IMG/VR virus record: IMGVR_UViG_2609460060_000003
Span: 1 to 64,000 of that record
DNA: 64,000 bases
Source: a virus
Lineage: Duplodnaviria; Heunggongvirae; Uroviricota; Caudoviricetes
Strand: one strand, 5' to 3'
The notes under the pieces were generated by a model that ran no database searches, was not told the DNA's origin, and worked only from the letters and a program-made list of their open reading frames with translations. A program made the translations under genes and the position numbers. Below, in pieces: positions 31,814 through 42,174 of this stretch (positions are counted from its first letter, which is position 1; the number at the start of each line of letters is the position of its first letter).

Positions 31814-32659
31814 ATGCTGGCTAAAGTCACTTTCCTGAGCTGTATAACGATGAGCGATTTTACTTTTTCTGGCTATGAATTGGCCTGCTTTGTAACACAC
31901 TCCGGTCTATCCCGTAGCGCCGGGCATATCCTGTCGCAATGTGCAAATCTAGCGGCAACAACCAGTGAATACTTCATTCACAAGCCTCACCGCCTGATCG
32001 CGGCAGAAACTGGTTATAGCCAATCAACCGTCGTTCGTGCATTCCGTGAAGCTGTAAACAAAGGAATTCTGTCTGTAGAGATTGTTATCGGCGATCACCG
32101 TGAACGTCGCGCTAACCTGTACCGGTTTACACCATCCTTTTTGGCCTTCGCACAACAAGCCAAAAATGCGCTGATTGAAAGCAAATTAAAGATCTCTTCA
32201 GCGGCAACCAAGGTTAAAGCTGTTCTCGCTAAGACATTGGCTTTATTTAATTTTTTATCCACACCCCCATGTCAAAATGATACCCCCTCCCCCTGTCAGG
32301 ATGACGTGGCAATAAAGAATAAGAAGTCACAAGTTAAAAAAACAAAAAGATCAGTTTCCGGCGGTGCCGGAACGAGCAGACTCAAAAAATTGACTTCATG
32401 GATCGCTGAGGCAAAAGCAAAGGCTGACAATCTGCGGTTATCCAAAAAGCGCGCTCAAAAACATGAGTTCAAGCAGAAAGTAGAGGCGGCAGCGCGGAAA
32501 TATGCTTACCTGAAGAACAAGCGTTCTCCTGATATTGGCGGGGTATCAAACTTCGATAATTTGCCGCATTGCATGACGGTAAACGAAGCTCTTAATGCGG
32601 TTTTAGCCAAAAATAAAGATAACGAACAATGGGGTATACCGGCAGGATTCAGAGGGTGA
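31814..32659 (+). CDS. repL: Lytic replication initiator RepL-like protein
   Basis: 281 aa directly downstream of kilA; start may instead be the internal ATG at 31850. Confidence 0.55.
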   Translation: MLAKVTFLSCITMSDFTFSGYELACFVTHSGLSRSAGHILSQCANLAATTSEYFIHKPHRLIAAETGYSQSTVVRAFREAVNKGILSVEIVIGDHRERRANLYRFTPSFLAFAQQAKNALIESKLKISSAATKVKAVLAKTLALFNFLSTPPCQNDTPSPCQDDVAIKNKKSQVKKTKRSVSGGAGTSRLKKLTSWIAEAKAKADNLRLSKKRAQKHEFKQKVEAAARKYAYLKNKRSPDIGGVSNFDNLPHCMTVNEALNAVLAKNKDNEQWGIPAGFRG

Positions 32660-32709
32660 TAGATTGCTCTAATCTGGAGTCACCTGGCGTTTTCAGTTTG
32701 AGGTCGGAG

Positions 32710-32955
32710 ATGCAATCTGATTTTTTACAGTTAGCGATCGCTTTTGCAGGATATGTTTGTATTGGCTTCTGTGTATACATGTTCAGCCGAAAAATGCTTG
32801 TCGATATCGACCGCAAAGAACAAGCAGAGGAGATCTTAGTATGGATTTTCTTTGGCGCGGTCTGGCCATTAGGGATCATGTTTGCTGCAACATTTCTTCT
32901 GATGTGGATATTCACCCTTCCAGGTGATTTCTATAGAAAAAAAGCCAGACATTGA
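32710..32955 (+). CDS. Small membrane protein
   Basis: ATG 32710 with GGAG RBS; two hydrophobic segments. Confidence 0.4.
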   Translation: MQSDFLQLAIAFAGYVCIGFCVYMFSRKMLVDIDRKEQAEEILVWIFFGAVWPLGIMFAATFLLMWIFTLPGDFYRKKARH

Positions 32956-33078
32956 TACAATCGTTGCGGGTGCTTGAGGCTATCTGCTTCAGGCATTACC
33001 CGAAAAGCAGATAGAAGAAAGCCCCAGATAACATTACGCGTCCTGCAAGACGCTTAACATTAATCTGAGGCAATATCT

Positions 33079-33285
33079 ATGCTTAGCATACGTAGATTAG
33101 CCTCTTACCGACCAAAAGGTCAAGGAGAAGCAGGCTATGAAGCAGCAAAAAGCGATATTAATCGCTCTGATCGTCATCTGTTTAACCGTCATTGTGACGG
33201 CACTGGTAACGAGGAAAGACCTCTGCGAGGTACGAATCCGAACCGGCCAGACGGAGGTCACTGTCTTCACAGCCTACGAATCTGA
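33079..33285 (+). CDS. mok: mok-like overlapping frame of the hok module
   Basis: 68-aa ORF beginning 58 nt upstream of hok and overlapping it in a different frame. Confidence 0.4.
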   Translation: MLSIRRLASYRPKGQGEAGYEAAKSDINRSDRHLFNRHCDGTGNEERPLRGTNPNRPDGGHCLHSLRI

Positions 33286-33292
33286 AAGGTAA
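33137..33292 (+). CDS. hok: Hok/Gef-family type I toxin
   Basis: MKQQKAILIALIVICLTVIVTALVTRKDLCEVRIRTGQTEVTVFTAYESER matches the Hok pattern (TM helix, TRKxLCE, AYES); GGAG RBS; below the track 60-aa cutoff. Confidence 0.85.
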   Translation: MKQQKAILIALIVICLTVIVTALVTRKDLCEVRIRTGQTEVTVFTAYESER

Positions 33293-33364
33293 GAGACCTG
33301 GCGGGGAGAGATCCTCGCCACTCTTCGTGTGTCAGGTATCCTCAATGCACCCTTTCCTCTCCAA

Positions 33365-33392
33365 ATAAAAAAGCTCCCGAAGGAGCTTTAAA
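33365..33392. terminator. Bidirectional intrinsic terminator
   Basis: AAAAAAGCTCC-CGAA-GGAGCTTTAAAAT hairpin with flanking A/T runs between hok (+) and the convergent gene (-). Confidence 0.6.
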
Positions 33393-33408
33393 ATACAAGG
33401 GATGACTC

Positions 33409-33918
33409 TTAATCCCACTCAATCCAGTTGTAGACGATACGAAGTGACGGGCGCACAGCGGCAGTCACATCTTCGGTACTAAAGTCGATTGCATCACTGT
33501 AGATTTTGCAGTCCAACATTTCAATTGTTGTAGCAGCTTTTGTCACAGCGTTAACCCCGGAAGATTTGGATTCAGGGGTAGCAGCCATCGTGATATCAAC
33601 ATAGTCCTTCGCCGCAATGCGATCTTTAATGAACTGAAGAATATCGCCTTCGATAGTCTCCACGCACTGGACCTGGATTTCCCCAGAGTTTCGAATTGGA
33701 CCGTGCTGGTTGAACTTCACACCATTCGGACCATAGTCCTCCACATCCTCGCGGGTCATTTCAGGAATTTGCGACGTGCGAACCAGTACGCTGATATCTT
33801 CATGGCCTGCAAAAGTGAGCTGGAATTCAGAAGATACCAGTCGTTCGCCTTTGGCCGCGTTGGCAGTATAGCGGCCCTTAATAAATTTACGGTTTCCCTT
33901 AGTGTTATTGTGCCCCAT
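33409..33918 (-). CDS. Tail tube-like structural protein
   Basis: 169 aa adjacent to the sheath-like gene block. Confidence 0.35.
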   Translation of the reverse strand: MGHNNTKGNRKFIKGRYTANAAKGERLVSSEFQLTFAGHEDISVLVRTSQIPEMTREDVEDYGPNGVKFNQHGPIRNSGEIQVQCVETIEGDILQFIKDRIAAKDYVDITMAATPESKSSGVNAVTKAATTIEMLDCKIYSDAIDFSTEDVTAAVRPSLRIVYNWIEWD

Positions 33919-33929
33919 ATAAAATCCTT

Positions 33930-34511
33930 TTACTGGAACGCCCGAACAATATCGGAGCTGTTATATATCGAAGAACCGGTCAACTGGAGGTTGACGGTGT
34001 TTTTCAGGAAATGTCCATTGCTGTCCCTGGGCGCATCGAGATCGAAACTTATGTCCTGGATAGCGACATCAATGATGTTGATCCGGCGACCAATGTTTAG
34101 CGTCACACGCTCCGGGATTCGACCACCAATACTGGCATCTTTAAGTTCCGGGCTAATCATCGCTGACAATGCGGCGATAGCTCCTGAAACCTCCGTGAAT
34201 GGGTCAAACAAAGCGATGAAAGTTACTGGCAGCGTGAAAGTCGGCGGTGTTCCCCCCTCCCAAACCATTAAGCTGTTCCAACGGGCCACCGACGTTGTTT
34301 CAGTACCAACCTGCGCAAAACCACTGAAAGCACCAGCAACAGACCCCATGGACATACCGGTAAACGGCGCTTCCCAATTCTGGGCCATGTTCATTGCTGC
34401 CCCCTGGCTGATATATCCGGTAACCTGGTACTGAGAGTTCGTTAAAGTAACTTTCAGAAATGGCGATACACCGTCAGCCTGGCTGTAAACCCCATAAGGT
34501 ATAGGTGCCAT
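33930..34511 (-). CDS. Structural protein (hypothetical)
   Basis: 193 aa in the structural block. Confidence 0.35.
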   Translation of the reverse strand: MAPIPYGVYSQADGVSPFLKVTLTNSQYQVTGYISQGAAMNMAQNWEAPFTGMSMGSVAGAFSGFAQVGTETTSVARWNSLMVWEGGTPPTFTLPVTFIALFDPFTEVSGAIAALSAMISPELKDASIGGRIPERVTLNIGRRINIIDVAIQDISFDLDAPRDSNGHFLKNTVNLQLTGSSIYNSSDIVRAFQ

Positions 34512-34546
34512 TCAAGTTAAAGGCCGGAGTTCTCCGGCCTCCTCCT

Positions 34547-35362
34547 TTAGCCAAGGCGCTTACGGCGCAGTTTCATTGACTTTTTGCGGGCAAGTTTTGC
34601 CGCGCCGGTCTGGGCTTTTCGACGCGCTTTTTTCAGCGCCGATTTTTGAGCCGCAGTCAGACGTTTTTTACGCAGGCGTTTACGGATGAGTTTGATCTCA
34701 CCGTTACGAACAACCTTCTTAAATGCTTCAGTCAGCATTTCATCAGAAGTGCCAGCAACAACAAACGCCGCTTCCAGTTCGTCGCGGTCGTCGCTATCTA
34801 AACCAGCGATAGAGGCACCAACATCAGCAGCAGCGTCGTCGTCTTCATCGTCAGCCAGTGCTTCGATCAGGTCATCATCTACACCGCATGCTGCGAGGAA
34901 GTCAGCAACATTTGCCCATGCTTCGTTATAGGCATCGTCCTGTTCTTCTGTAACTTCGGCGTCGTCGTCATCAGAGATACCAGCGATAGCCTGAACGAAA
35001 CCATCAAGGGAGTCGAAAGTCAGATCACCGCTATCAGCCCAGGCGAAAACGGCGTCGGCCGCATCACTCAACGCATTCTGCATAGCACTTCGATTTGCAG
35101 CTTCCAGAATCATCTGGTGCGCCTGTTCGACGGTCCATTCTTTACCGTCTTTCCCTTCCAGGATTTGCTCAGGAGCCGGGGCAGATGGAACGTTATCGTT
35201 AGTCTGTGCCGCCGGTTCCGGATTATTATTAATAACCGGATCTGTTGGCGGTTCGGCGCTTGCTCGGGCAGACTCCATCAGCTGCACAGGATCAGAGTTC
35301 AAAGCGAAACGGGACAGTCCATTCCCCAAAAATGCCCCGGATTGAAAAAAGTTTTTGCTCAT
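34547..35362 (-). CDS. Highly acidic protein with basic C-terminal tail (virion/internal protein candidate)
   Basis: 271 aa, long Asp/Glu-rich stretches, KR-rich C-terminus. Confidence 0.4.
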   Translation of the reverse strand: MSKNFFQSGAFLGNGLSRFALNSDPVQLMESARASAEPPTDPVINNNPEPAAQTNDNVPSAPAPEQILEGKDGKEWTVEQAHQMILEAANRSAMQNALSDAADAVFAWADSGDLTFDSLDGFVQAIAGISDDDDAEVTEEQDDAYNEAWANVADFLAACGVDDDLIEALADDEDDDAAADVGASIAGLDSDDRDELEAAFVVAGTSDEMLTEAFKKVVRNGEIKLIRKRLRKKRLTAAQKSALKKARRKAQTGAAKLARKKSMKLRRKRLG

Positions 35363-35371
35363 TGTATTCCC

Positions 35372-36961
35372 TTACTTAATAAGCAGCGGTACGCCCTGGA
35401 TACGACGGGCTACGCCAGTCGGGCAGCAGGCCCAGACTACTTCCCATTTATCGAATTCCGCCTGCGTAACTTTCAGCACATACGGTTCTGTACCGTCAGC
35501 ATCAGGATCACGAGGAGCCACCAGAGCGCCGGAGGCGACAAAGCGATCTAAAAGTTTGGTCATCCCTTTAGTCAGGCCAGCCGCAGTAATACCGTCCGGG
35601 CTATGCTTCATCTGTCGGGCTAACTGGACAAAGAAACGGCTGATTGCATTCATCAGGGATGGGACGTGCTGGAAGTGCAGATAGTTATCCTGCGTGCAGC
35701 AAGTTAAAGCATCGTCGATGATCATCTGGCCAGAGGTGCCAACAGATACTTTATTGAGACGGCCCTTGACCATTGCTTCTTCGTCCGGGGTATCTTCCGG
35801 ATACAGCGGTTGAATTGACGCACGAGCAATGACGGCACGTTCTTCACCAGCCGGTGAGTAATGCCAACCGCCGACATCAGAGTTTTTCTTGACGCCATGA
35901 GCTTTCGCCGCATACGCCACGCCAGACAGACCAAAGACCACACGGGATTGGGTCCATTTGTCTTTGCAGGAGAACGGGTAGTGATAGACAGAACAGCTTA
36001 CATAATCGGTACCAAGTAAACCGGTACCCTCAACAGCTGTTAGTGCTTCTGCGTACCTTAATGTCGGTTTGACATCAAAGAAGCCATCAATCAGGCGATC
36101 TGCACAGATTTTACCTAATGCGGTGATAGCCGCATTGTCATAGCAGCCCAGGCCAAGAACAGCGGTGTACATGTACGGCGCATTGTTCAGCACTTTCACC
36201 GCACGCAGGTACGCAGCGGTTGAGATTTTCGACTGATCACCGTTGGTACCACCAGTGAACGCCAACGATTTTTTGTTTGTTACTTTCGCTGTAGAAATCA
36301 GATCTTCATTAACAACCGCGCGCAGATATTTAGAACGAGCTTCCAGAGCCGTAGGCAGATAACACAAGCGGCCCATGTCATCTTTCGCTTCTTCCGCCAA
36401 AGACACAGTGTGTGTCTCCAGGGTCGTTACCACACCAAGCGAAGTCGTCTGGGTCAGTTTTAAGATGAAGCGTTCATTACTCGCGCTGTCCGCTGTTGCC
36501 GTTTCGATGGTTAACTCACGGGTAGGTGAAATACACGGATCACCATCATCAACGTAGATAGCAAAGGCTTCGCCGCTATCAAGTTCAATTTCAGAACCGT
36601 ATGGCAACGCACTGTAAGCCGGTTCGCCTGATTCATCGAACATAATAATCGGGAACTTCGCATCATCCGGAACAGCACGGACAACATAACCAGACGTTTG
36701 CTGAATAGCTTCGTACACATGGCGAATTGGTTCGAACTGTGAGCCGGAAGACGGCTTCAGCGGTTCGCCGAGAACATCTTCGTAATTGGACTCAGTAACC
36801 GCCAGAACAGTAAACGGCTTGCCACGCGCAAATACGCCAATACCAGCCCACAAGCTGCTATTTAATGCAACACCGGTAGATAACGTCGCATCGGCATTGA
36901 TCGGGCTAACCGCGACGCCGGATGCATTACCTAATGACTGTTGAATTGAATATTGAGACAT
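35372..36961 (-). CDS. Tail sheath-like protein
   Basis: 529 aa, size and position consistent with a contractile tail sheath gene. Confidence 0.45.
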   Translation of the reverse strand: MSQYSIQQSLGNASGVAVSPINADATLSTGVALNSSLWAGIGVFARGKPFTVLAVTESNYEDVLGEPLKPSSGSQFEPIRHVYEAIQQTSGYVVRAVPDDAKFPIIMFDESGEPAYSALPYGSEIELDSGEAFAIYVDDGDPCISPTRELTIETATADSASNERFILKLTQTTSLGVVTTLETHTVSLAEEAKDDMGRLCYLPTALEARSKYLRAVVNEDLISTAKVTNKKSLAFTGGTNGDQSKISTAAYLRAVKVLNNAPYMYTAVLGLGCYDNAAITALGKICADRLIDGFFDVKPTLRYAEALTAVEGTGLLGTDYVSCSVYHYPFSCKDKWTQSRVVFGLSGVAYAAKAHGVKKNSDVGGWHYSPAGEERAVIARASIQPLYPEDTPDEEAMVKGRLNKVSVGTSGQMIIDDALTCCTQDNYLHFQHVPSLMNAISRFFVQLARQMKHSPDGITAAGLTKGMTKLLDRFVASGALVAPRDPDADGTEPYVLKVTQAEFDKWEVVWACCPTGVARRIQGVPLLIK

Positions 36962-37021
36962 AACTTTCCCTGTTATGCGCCCCGCACGGGGGCGCTATGT
37001 TAAACGGAGAACTTCCCCTGA

Positions 37022-38749
37022 TTACTCAGAGTCACCGGCATCAATCGTGTCGCCGCTTATGAAGTTAAGCCCGCCTTTTTTGGCCATTGTCAGCGTTACA
37101 CGAGTGAAGTAATCAGCGCCGTTGCGTGGGTGCATATCGTTGATAGCCGAACCCCACAGCGTGGTACGGTTGACCAGCGCCGGAGTGGTCGGATGCTGGA
37201 ACGGGATGGCCGGGACAGCATCACCAGTCACGAAGCCTGCTTTACCCGGATTTTCATCACGGACGTAGCACAGCACATCCATCGAGCTGAACTGAATGTT
37301 CTCTGTCGTTAAGTTCTTACAAATACCAGCAGGTACTTCGTACACTTTCACGTTACCGAACAGGGTACCGATGTAGTGAACATACGGAGTCTGGATATAG
37401 TCTTCGGCTGGCTGGAAGAAATCCTTCGGCAACTGTTTGAAGAAAGATGCTGCATCAGCACCAGCAAACATCCCCATCGCACCAGAAGATTTAACGCGCT
37501 CAATAATGTCGCGATATACAGTCTGGAATTTGCCACGAATGATGGTTGCCCATACATCAAAGGACTGGTTAACCGGCAGAGCGATGTCAAAGGTGTCGGT
37601 CGCAAGAGTACGCCAGATCATGATGCGAAGACGCAGCATATCCTGTTCATGAGACAGGTATTCCTTCAGGGTGCGGAACTGTAGGGAACCCAGGTCCAGA
37701 CCAAATTCACGCTGTGCTTCATACGCCGCCTGTACCGTGTGCTCAGCCGCGATAACGAACTGGCTTGGGAACAGGGTGTATTTCTTCATTTCGTGGTTGA
37801 TCAGCGGGATCAGCTCAGGAGCGGCTTCAATATTGATTTCCGTCTCAATTGCGATCTCAGTGCCTTTATCCGGCGCTTTGGAGAACGACAGGGCAATCTG
37901 ACCAATGTTGTAGTTCAGAGAGCAGGTAACAGTGATTTGCTCACCAGCAGCATTAGTAAACGAGTGAAGTAGGCTGCCGGAACCGTTATCAACAACAGAC
38001 TTAATACGGTTAACGTAGATATTAGTGCGACCTTTTCGGATTGGTACATTCTGGCCTTCGAAGTCTTCCATCTTGAAGGTTGCGGTTTTGCTGGTGCCAT
38101 CGGAGCTTGCCACCAGCACATAGCGGCGGCGTAACTGGCTGTACACACCGACGGATTGCATGTCCAGAACATCACCAGCAGCATAAGAACCAAAAGAGGA
38201 ACCTGCCACGTTAAAGACTTCATAGATGTCGGACTGGTCACGCGTAACCGGAATGAAGGTACACGCATCAGCGGTAGCTGCCCCCAACTGAACAGGCAGG
38301 ATCATCGCGAGGAATAAAGGCAGACGCATAACACCGTCAGAAACGCTCATCATCTCTGCTGCGACGGATTCCAGCATCGCTTTATTAGTGGCATCCATGC
38401 TATTGCGGGTGGACTCAATCAGGCAGTTTTCCAGCGTCTGGTGGCAGGAGGCCAGAATTTCCGGACGCGGCATAGATTTATGTGCTGCGGCGTAGTCAGC
38501 CAGTGCACTTGCCCACGCTGTAGCGATTTGAGCGGTGGCATTATCAGAGATACCCGCAAAAACCGGGTCTTTACGTGCAGCTTCAAGGATAGATGCGGCA
38601 CGCGCGGCATCATCTTTAATGAATTGGTTATCAGTACCGAACTGCGCAGTGCTTGCCCAGCCAAGCACAGCTTTAGAGCGTTTTGCGATATCTGCAATAC
38701 GATTCTGGTATTCGCGTAAGTTACTCAATTTACTCTTCCTTAAACACAA
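37022..38749 (-). CDS. Major capsid protein candidate
   Basis: 575 aa, located next to parS as the P1 major head gene is (recalled). Confidence 0.4.
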   Translation of the reverse strand: MCLRKSKLSNLREYQNRIADIAKRSKAVLGWASTAQFGTDNQFIKDDAARAASILEAARKDPVFAGISDNATAQIATAWASALADYAAAHKSMPRPEILASCHQTLENCLIESTRNSMDATNKAMLESVAAEMMSVSDGVMRLPLFLAMILPVQLGAATADACTFIPVTRDQSDIYEVFNVAGSSFGSYAAGDVLDMQSVGVYSQLRRRYVLVASSDGTSKTATFKMEDFEGQNVPIRKGRTNIYVNRIKSVVDNGSGSLLHSFTNAAGEQITVTCSLNYNIGQIALSFSKAPDKGTEIAIETEINIEAAPELIPLINHEMKKYTLFPSQFVIAAEHTVQAAYEAQREFGLDLGSLQFRTLKEYLSHEQDMLRLRIMIWRTLATDTFDIALPVNQSFDVWATIIRGKFQTVYRDIIERVKSSGAMGMFAGADAASFFKQLPKDFFQPAEDYIQTPYVHYIGTLFGNVKVYEVPAGICKNLTTENIQFSSMDVLCYVRDENPGKAGFVTGDAVPAIPFQHPTTPALVNRTTLWGSAINDMHPRNGADYFTRVTLTMAKKGGLNFISGDTIDAGDSE

Positions 38750-38865
38750 GGCACTTGTGTGAATCCCTTTTCGGAAGAGATTTTATTGAAAGTCACTTGT
38801 TGACTTTCTCGTGACAAGCAATTTTTTTATTTTTTTCGGGAGTAGGGGAGGAAGGTAAAATCCAA

Positions 38866-38950
38866 GGTGAAATCGTGGCGATTTCACCTTGAAATTTTAG
38901 ATGGATTTACTTTAAAAACAGTTGGTTAATAGTGAAATTTGAATGGCGAA
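38866..38950. promoter_or_regulatory. parS: parS partition site
   Basis: Heptamer ATTTCAC/GTGAAAT boxes and hexamer TGGCGA boxes (GTGAAATCGTGGCGATTTCAC ... AGTGAAATTTGAATGGCGA) around an AT-rich spacer, immediately downstream of parB. Confidence 0.65.
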
Positions 38951-38953
38951 AGT

Positions 38954-39955
38954 TTAAGGCTTCGGCTTTTTATCGAGGCTCTTTCTAAGGATATGCCCAA
39001 TCATCCTGTCGAGTTCTTCCTGTAGCTCTTTTGAAAGTCGATTAAACTCATAAGAAAATGCACGGCCTTTCACGCGCTTCCTTGCAAAGCGATCCTTGTC
39101 CTCAAATTTCCATAATTCAGTAACTACGGACTTATCTTTAGAACCTTTATCCGTGAGTAGTGAGGCTTCCTTTGTTATCAAGCGCAGGATTTTATTTTTA
39201 ACTTCATCTTCGGCCATTTCTTCAATGGATAAGATGTCGTTTATTTCCGGGGATATGTTTTGAATAAGCTGATCAAACTCTAAATTCTTGTTCCCCATTT
39301 CGTCGCCAACAGCACAAAGCGTTTTGTAGTCCGAAAAGGTTAATTCCGACTGAACAGGGAAAAGGGCGACTAATTCTTCCGGAGCACTCGCTGCCTGGAG
39401 AGCACGCGTGACCTTCGCCTGAGACAGCCCTTCTTTGGCTGCAATATCCTTCTGACTCATCCCATCATTTTTCATTCGCATCAAACGCAGACCTATTTCT
39501 CGAATGCTGTGCTGCAATGCTGTCTGAACGTCTTTCGCTAAATTTTGCGCTTCCTGAACGCTGATCTCCTGGTCCGTGACTAAAACCCGCAACCCTACGT
39601 TCTCTAAGATGGCAGAAGCTCGACGCCGGGAACCATCCAAAATTTCAATTTTCCCTGTAGCCCGTCTAACACCTATTGCAGGGTAAAATTGCTGATGCTT
39701 AATAGTGCTTCGGATACTTTTTAATGATTTTGGCGTAAGAGATGCCTGGTCACGCCCGTTGTTATGCTGATCAACAAAGGTATCGCTTTCTACCTGGTTC
39801 GGAGGTATTACCTCTTCAATAAATGTGGCCTGGCGACCAGTTGATAACTTGAATACCTGCTCGACTCGATCGCCAGAGGCTGAAGAACTATCAAATCCGC
39901 TTAATATTGAAGGATTAAGGGTTCGCCCAATTGTTGGTCTGTTTTTCTTTGACAT
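38954..39955 (-). CDS. parB: Partition protein ParB
   Basis: 333 aa; ParB-type HTH region; downstream of parA and upstream of parS. Confidence 0.9.
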   Translation of the reverse strand: MSKKNRPTIGRTLNPSILSGFDSSSASGDRVEQVFKLSTGRQATFIEEVIPPNQVESDTFVDQHNNGRDQASLTPKSLKSIRSTIKHQQFYPAIGVRRATGKIEILDGSRRRASAILENVGLRVLVTDQEISVQEAQNLAKDVQTALQHSIREIGLRLMRMKNDGMSQKDIAAKEGLSQAKVTRALQAASAPEELVALFPVQSELTFSDYKTLCAVGDEMGNKNLEFDQLIQNISPEINDILSIEEMAEDEVKNKILRLITKEASLLTDKGSKDKSVVTELWKFEDKDRFARKRVKGRAFSYEFNRLSKELQEELDRMIGHILRKSLDKKPKP

Positions 39956-39971
39956 GGGGGGTTCTTACTCC

Positions 39972-41168
39972 TCAGTTAGATCTGATAAATTCAATACGGT
40001 CAAAAACTGCTTTAGCAAAATCTTCCGCGGCAATTCGCGCGTTCTTCAATGCATCAGCACTACCAACATACGTTGCCGGGTTAGCTGAAATAACAGTGTC
40101 AAAAGACTCGCCGCAACGTTCAAAACCGTCAAGGCGAGGGAGGACGACATCGAGCATATCCCCACCGAACACTTCTTTAGCCAGGCTATGGCAATACTTA
40201 TGATCTGCCTTGTTACTCAACTTGGACATAAAACCAATGTTAGTCGCAAGCTGGCACTCGCAGCCTTCATCCGAAATGAGTTTTACCAACTCAGGAAGGC
40301 GGGCAACGTATTTAAGCGATGAGTGGAAATCGACAGTTGCTGGCGGCAGAGGTGTAAACAGTATATTGGCCGAGGCCAAAGCATTTTTCAGGAAGGCGTC
40401 AAGGTGAGGACCACTATCAACGAGGATAAAGTCATAATCGCTCTTCAGCTTATCAATCACATTTTCTTTCAGGACAGCATGGATGTTCTGACCCGGTAGA
40501 TGCTCATTGCACAGCTCTCTCCAATCGGATGCAATAAAGGCATCGTCAATCGACGCAGGCATAACGTCAACCCCAGGTACAACAGAAGGAACAATAAACT
40601 CCTCTAACAGCTCTTCACGGCTTACATTCTGCAACATAGCCTGTGCAGATGTTGCGTTTACGATACCAATAGAGTGTTTATGGCTTAAAAACATCGTTGC
40701 TGAAGATTGCGGATCAAGGTCAATAACCAGAATCCTTAAATCTTCCATCAGAAGATGAGGGTGAGCACGCATTGCATGCGCCAGAGAAACCGTCGATACA
40801 GTTTTAGACACACCGCCTTTAAGATTGGAGATGAAAATCACATACGCTTCGCTGTAGCGATCCCGGTATTTTGGCACTCCGCGATGTTCATATATGTCAA
40901 TGATGTTCTGAATTGACATCGCATATTTCATTGAAGAGCCAGCAGGGCGTTTATCGAAAACATAACCCTTTTCTTCCATTTCACTTACGGCATAGTCAAC
41001 GTTCGCTCGAGTCAGTAGAGGCAGTTTTGCCAGTGCCGCTTTCGCATAGACCTGGTAAAACTCGTTCGCGTGTAGCTCATCCTTTTGCAACTGTACTTGT
41101 TCAGTCAGAACATTGAGCATTCTGTTTGCTCTTTGAGCAACCTTGTGAAGCTGGCTGGAATCACTCAT
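39972..41168 (-). CDS. parA: Partition ATPase ParA
   Basis: 398 aa; Walker A KGGVSKT; N-terminal DNA-binding extension typical of type Ia ParA. Confidence 0.9.
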   Translation of the reverse strand: MSDSSQLHKVAQRANRMLNVLTEQVQLQKDELHANEFYQVYAKAALAKLPLLTRANVDYAVSEMEEKGYVFDKRPAGSSMKYAMSIQNIIDIYEHRGVPKYRDRYSEAYVIFISNLKGGVSKTVSTVSLAHAMRAHPHLLMEDLRILVIDLDPQSSATMFLSHKHSIGIVNATSAQAMLQNVSREELLEEFIVPSVVPGVDVMPASIDDAFIASDWRELCNEHLPGQNIHAVLKENVIDKLKSDYDFILVDSGPHLDAFLKNALASANILFTPLPPATVDFHSSLKYVARLPELVKLISDEGCECQLATNIGFMSKLSNKADHKYCHSLAKEVFGGDMLDVVLPRLDGFERCGESFDTVISANPATYVGSADALKNARIAAEDFAKAVFDRIEFIRSN

Positions 41169-41307
41169 CGAAAGTCATCCTTTATGCTGTATTTTTGAAT
41201 TTAATTAAAAATGCTGCATAAAATAATAATGTATGCGTAGATGCTTGTACATAGCATTCTCTGCATGTTTGGTTCATTTTGCACGATAGAGAGTTGCAAG
41301 GAGGGCA

Positions 41308-41329
41308 CAAAAAAGCCCCGTTCAGGGGC
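41308..41329 (-). terminator. Intrinsic terminator after the T5orf172-domain gene
   Basis: On the minus strand GCCCCTGAACGGGGC followed by TTTTTT. Confidence 0.6.
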
Positions 41330-41336
41330 ATCAGTG

Positions 41337-42146
41337 TTATTTGTTAAGAGCTGCGAATAATCGTTCGAAATCGATAGTATCTATAGCACGCGTAAGCGCC
41401 GGAAGTTCAGCCTCAAAGCACCCGTTTCGATCGTAAAAGAAGGGACCGAAGAGCGAGGCATGTTGGATTCTACTTCGCCCCAGTCCGGACACACAGTTAA
41501 GCCCATTACCGGCTAAAAGGCTAAAAAACTTCTCTGGATTATCGTGGTAAAGCTGGGAATCAATGGTGGCGGTTAACTCTTCCATAGGGAAGCACACCCG
41601 CCCTGTCTCCCAGGGATATTTAGTCCGAAGCGTAAACATCGCTTTCAGCAATTCACATTGAGCGCGGATCGCGTCAGGTTCATAGCCAGATATGGAGACA
41701 TAAGCCACATCCCTCATTCCTGCGTCATCTTTGAAAGTCACGATAGAAGTAACATCCAGTTCTTTTTCGAAAGAGCGAGCAGCATCTACTGGACGCTGAA
41801 GTAAATCATTCGACTTAATCCGCTCGAGAATCCCTCCCCACATATCATTTAGATATTCGATATGAGCCAAAACCTTATCAAGACACTCTCGTGTAAACCA
41901 TTCAGTATGCCCGCCACCGGCGCTTTTCTCCCACGGCGCATTCCAGGGGAAAAAGGTTGCGTGTAAAGCCCGCTCAAGATTAACTATTGCCAAACGCGTA
42001 CCACGATAGACCCGTGAAAGCGCAAAATCGGGATTCACTTGTAGCCCTTTAAACCGTGCCAATGGACCACATGAAATGCCGATTTTAAAAGTATCTCCGT
42101 TCTCCGGCACCAGAACGTAGAGGTAGTGTTGTTTCTCTTCTTGCAT
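41337..42146 (-). CDS. T5orf172 (GIY-YIG-like) domain protein with C-terminal domain of unknown function
   Basis: N-terminus HYLYVLVPENGDTFKIGIS...LERALHATF...HTEWF matches the T5orf172/MUG113 domain pattern; sits between the incA iterons and the parA promoter; has its own terminator. Confidence 0.6.
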   Translation of the reverse strand: MQEEKQHYLYVLVPENGDTFKIGISCGPLARFKGLQVNPDFALSRVYRGTRLAIVNLERALHATFFPWNAPWEKSAGGGHTEWFTRECLDKVLAHIEYLNDMWGGILERIKSNDLLQRPVDAARSFEKELDVTSIVTFKDDAGMRDVAYVSISGYEPDAIRAQCELLKAMFTLRTKYPWETGRVCFPMEELTATIDSQLYHDNPEKFFSLLAGNGLNCVSGLGRSRIQHASLFGPFFYDRNGCFEAELPALTRAIDTIDFERLFAALNK

Positions 42147-42174
42147 ATCAATACCACTGCTTGATGAGAACCGC

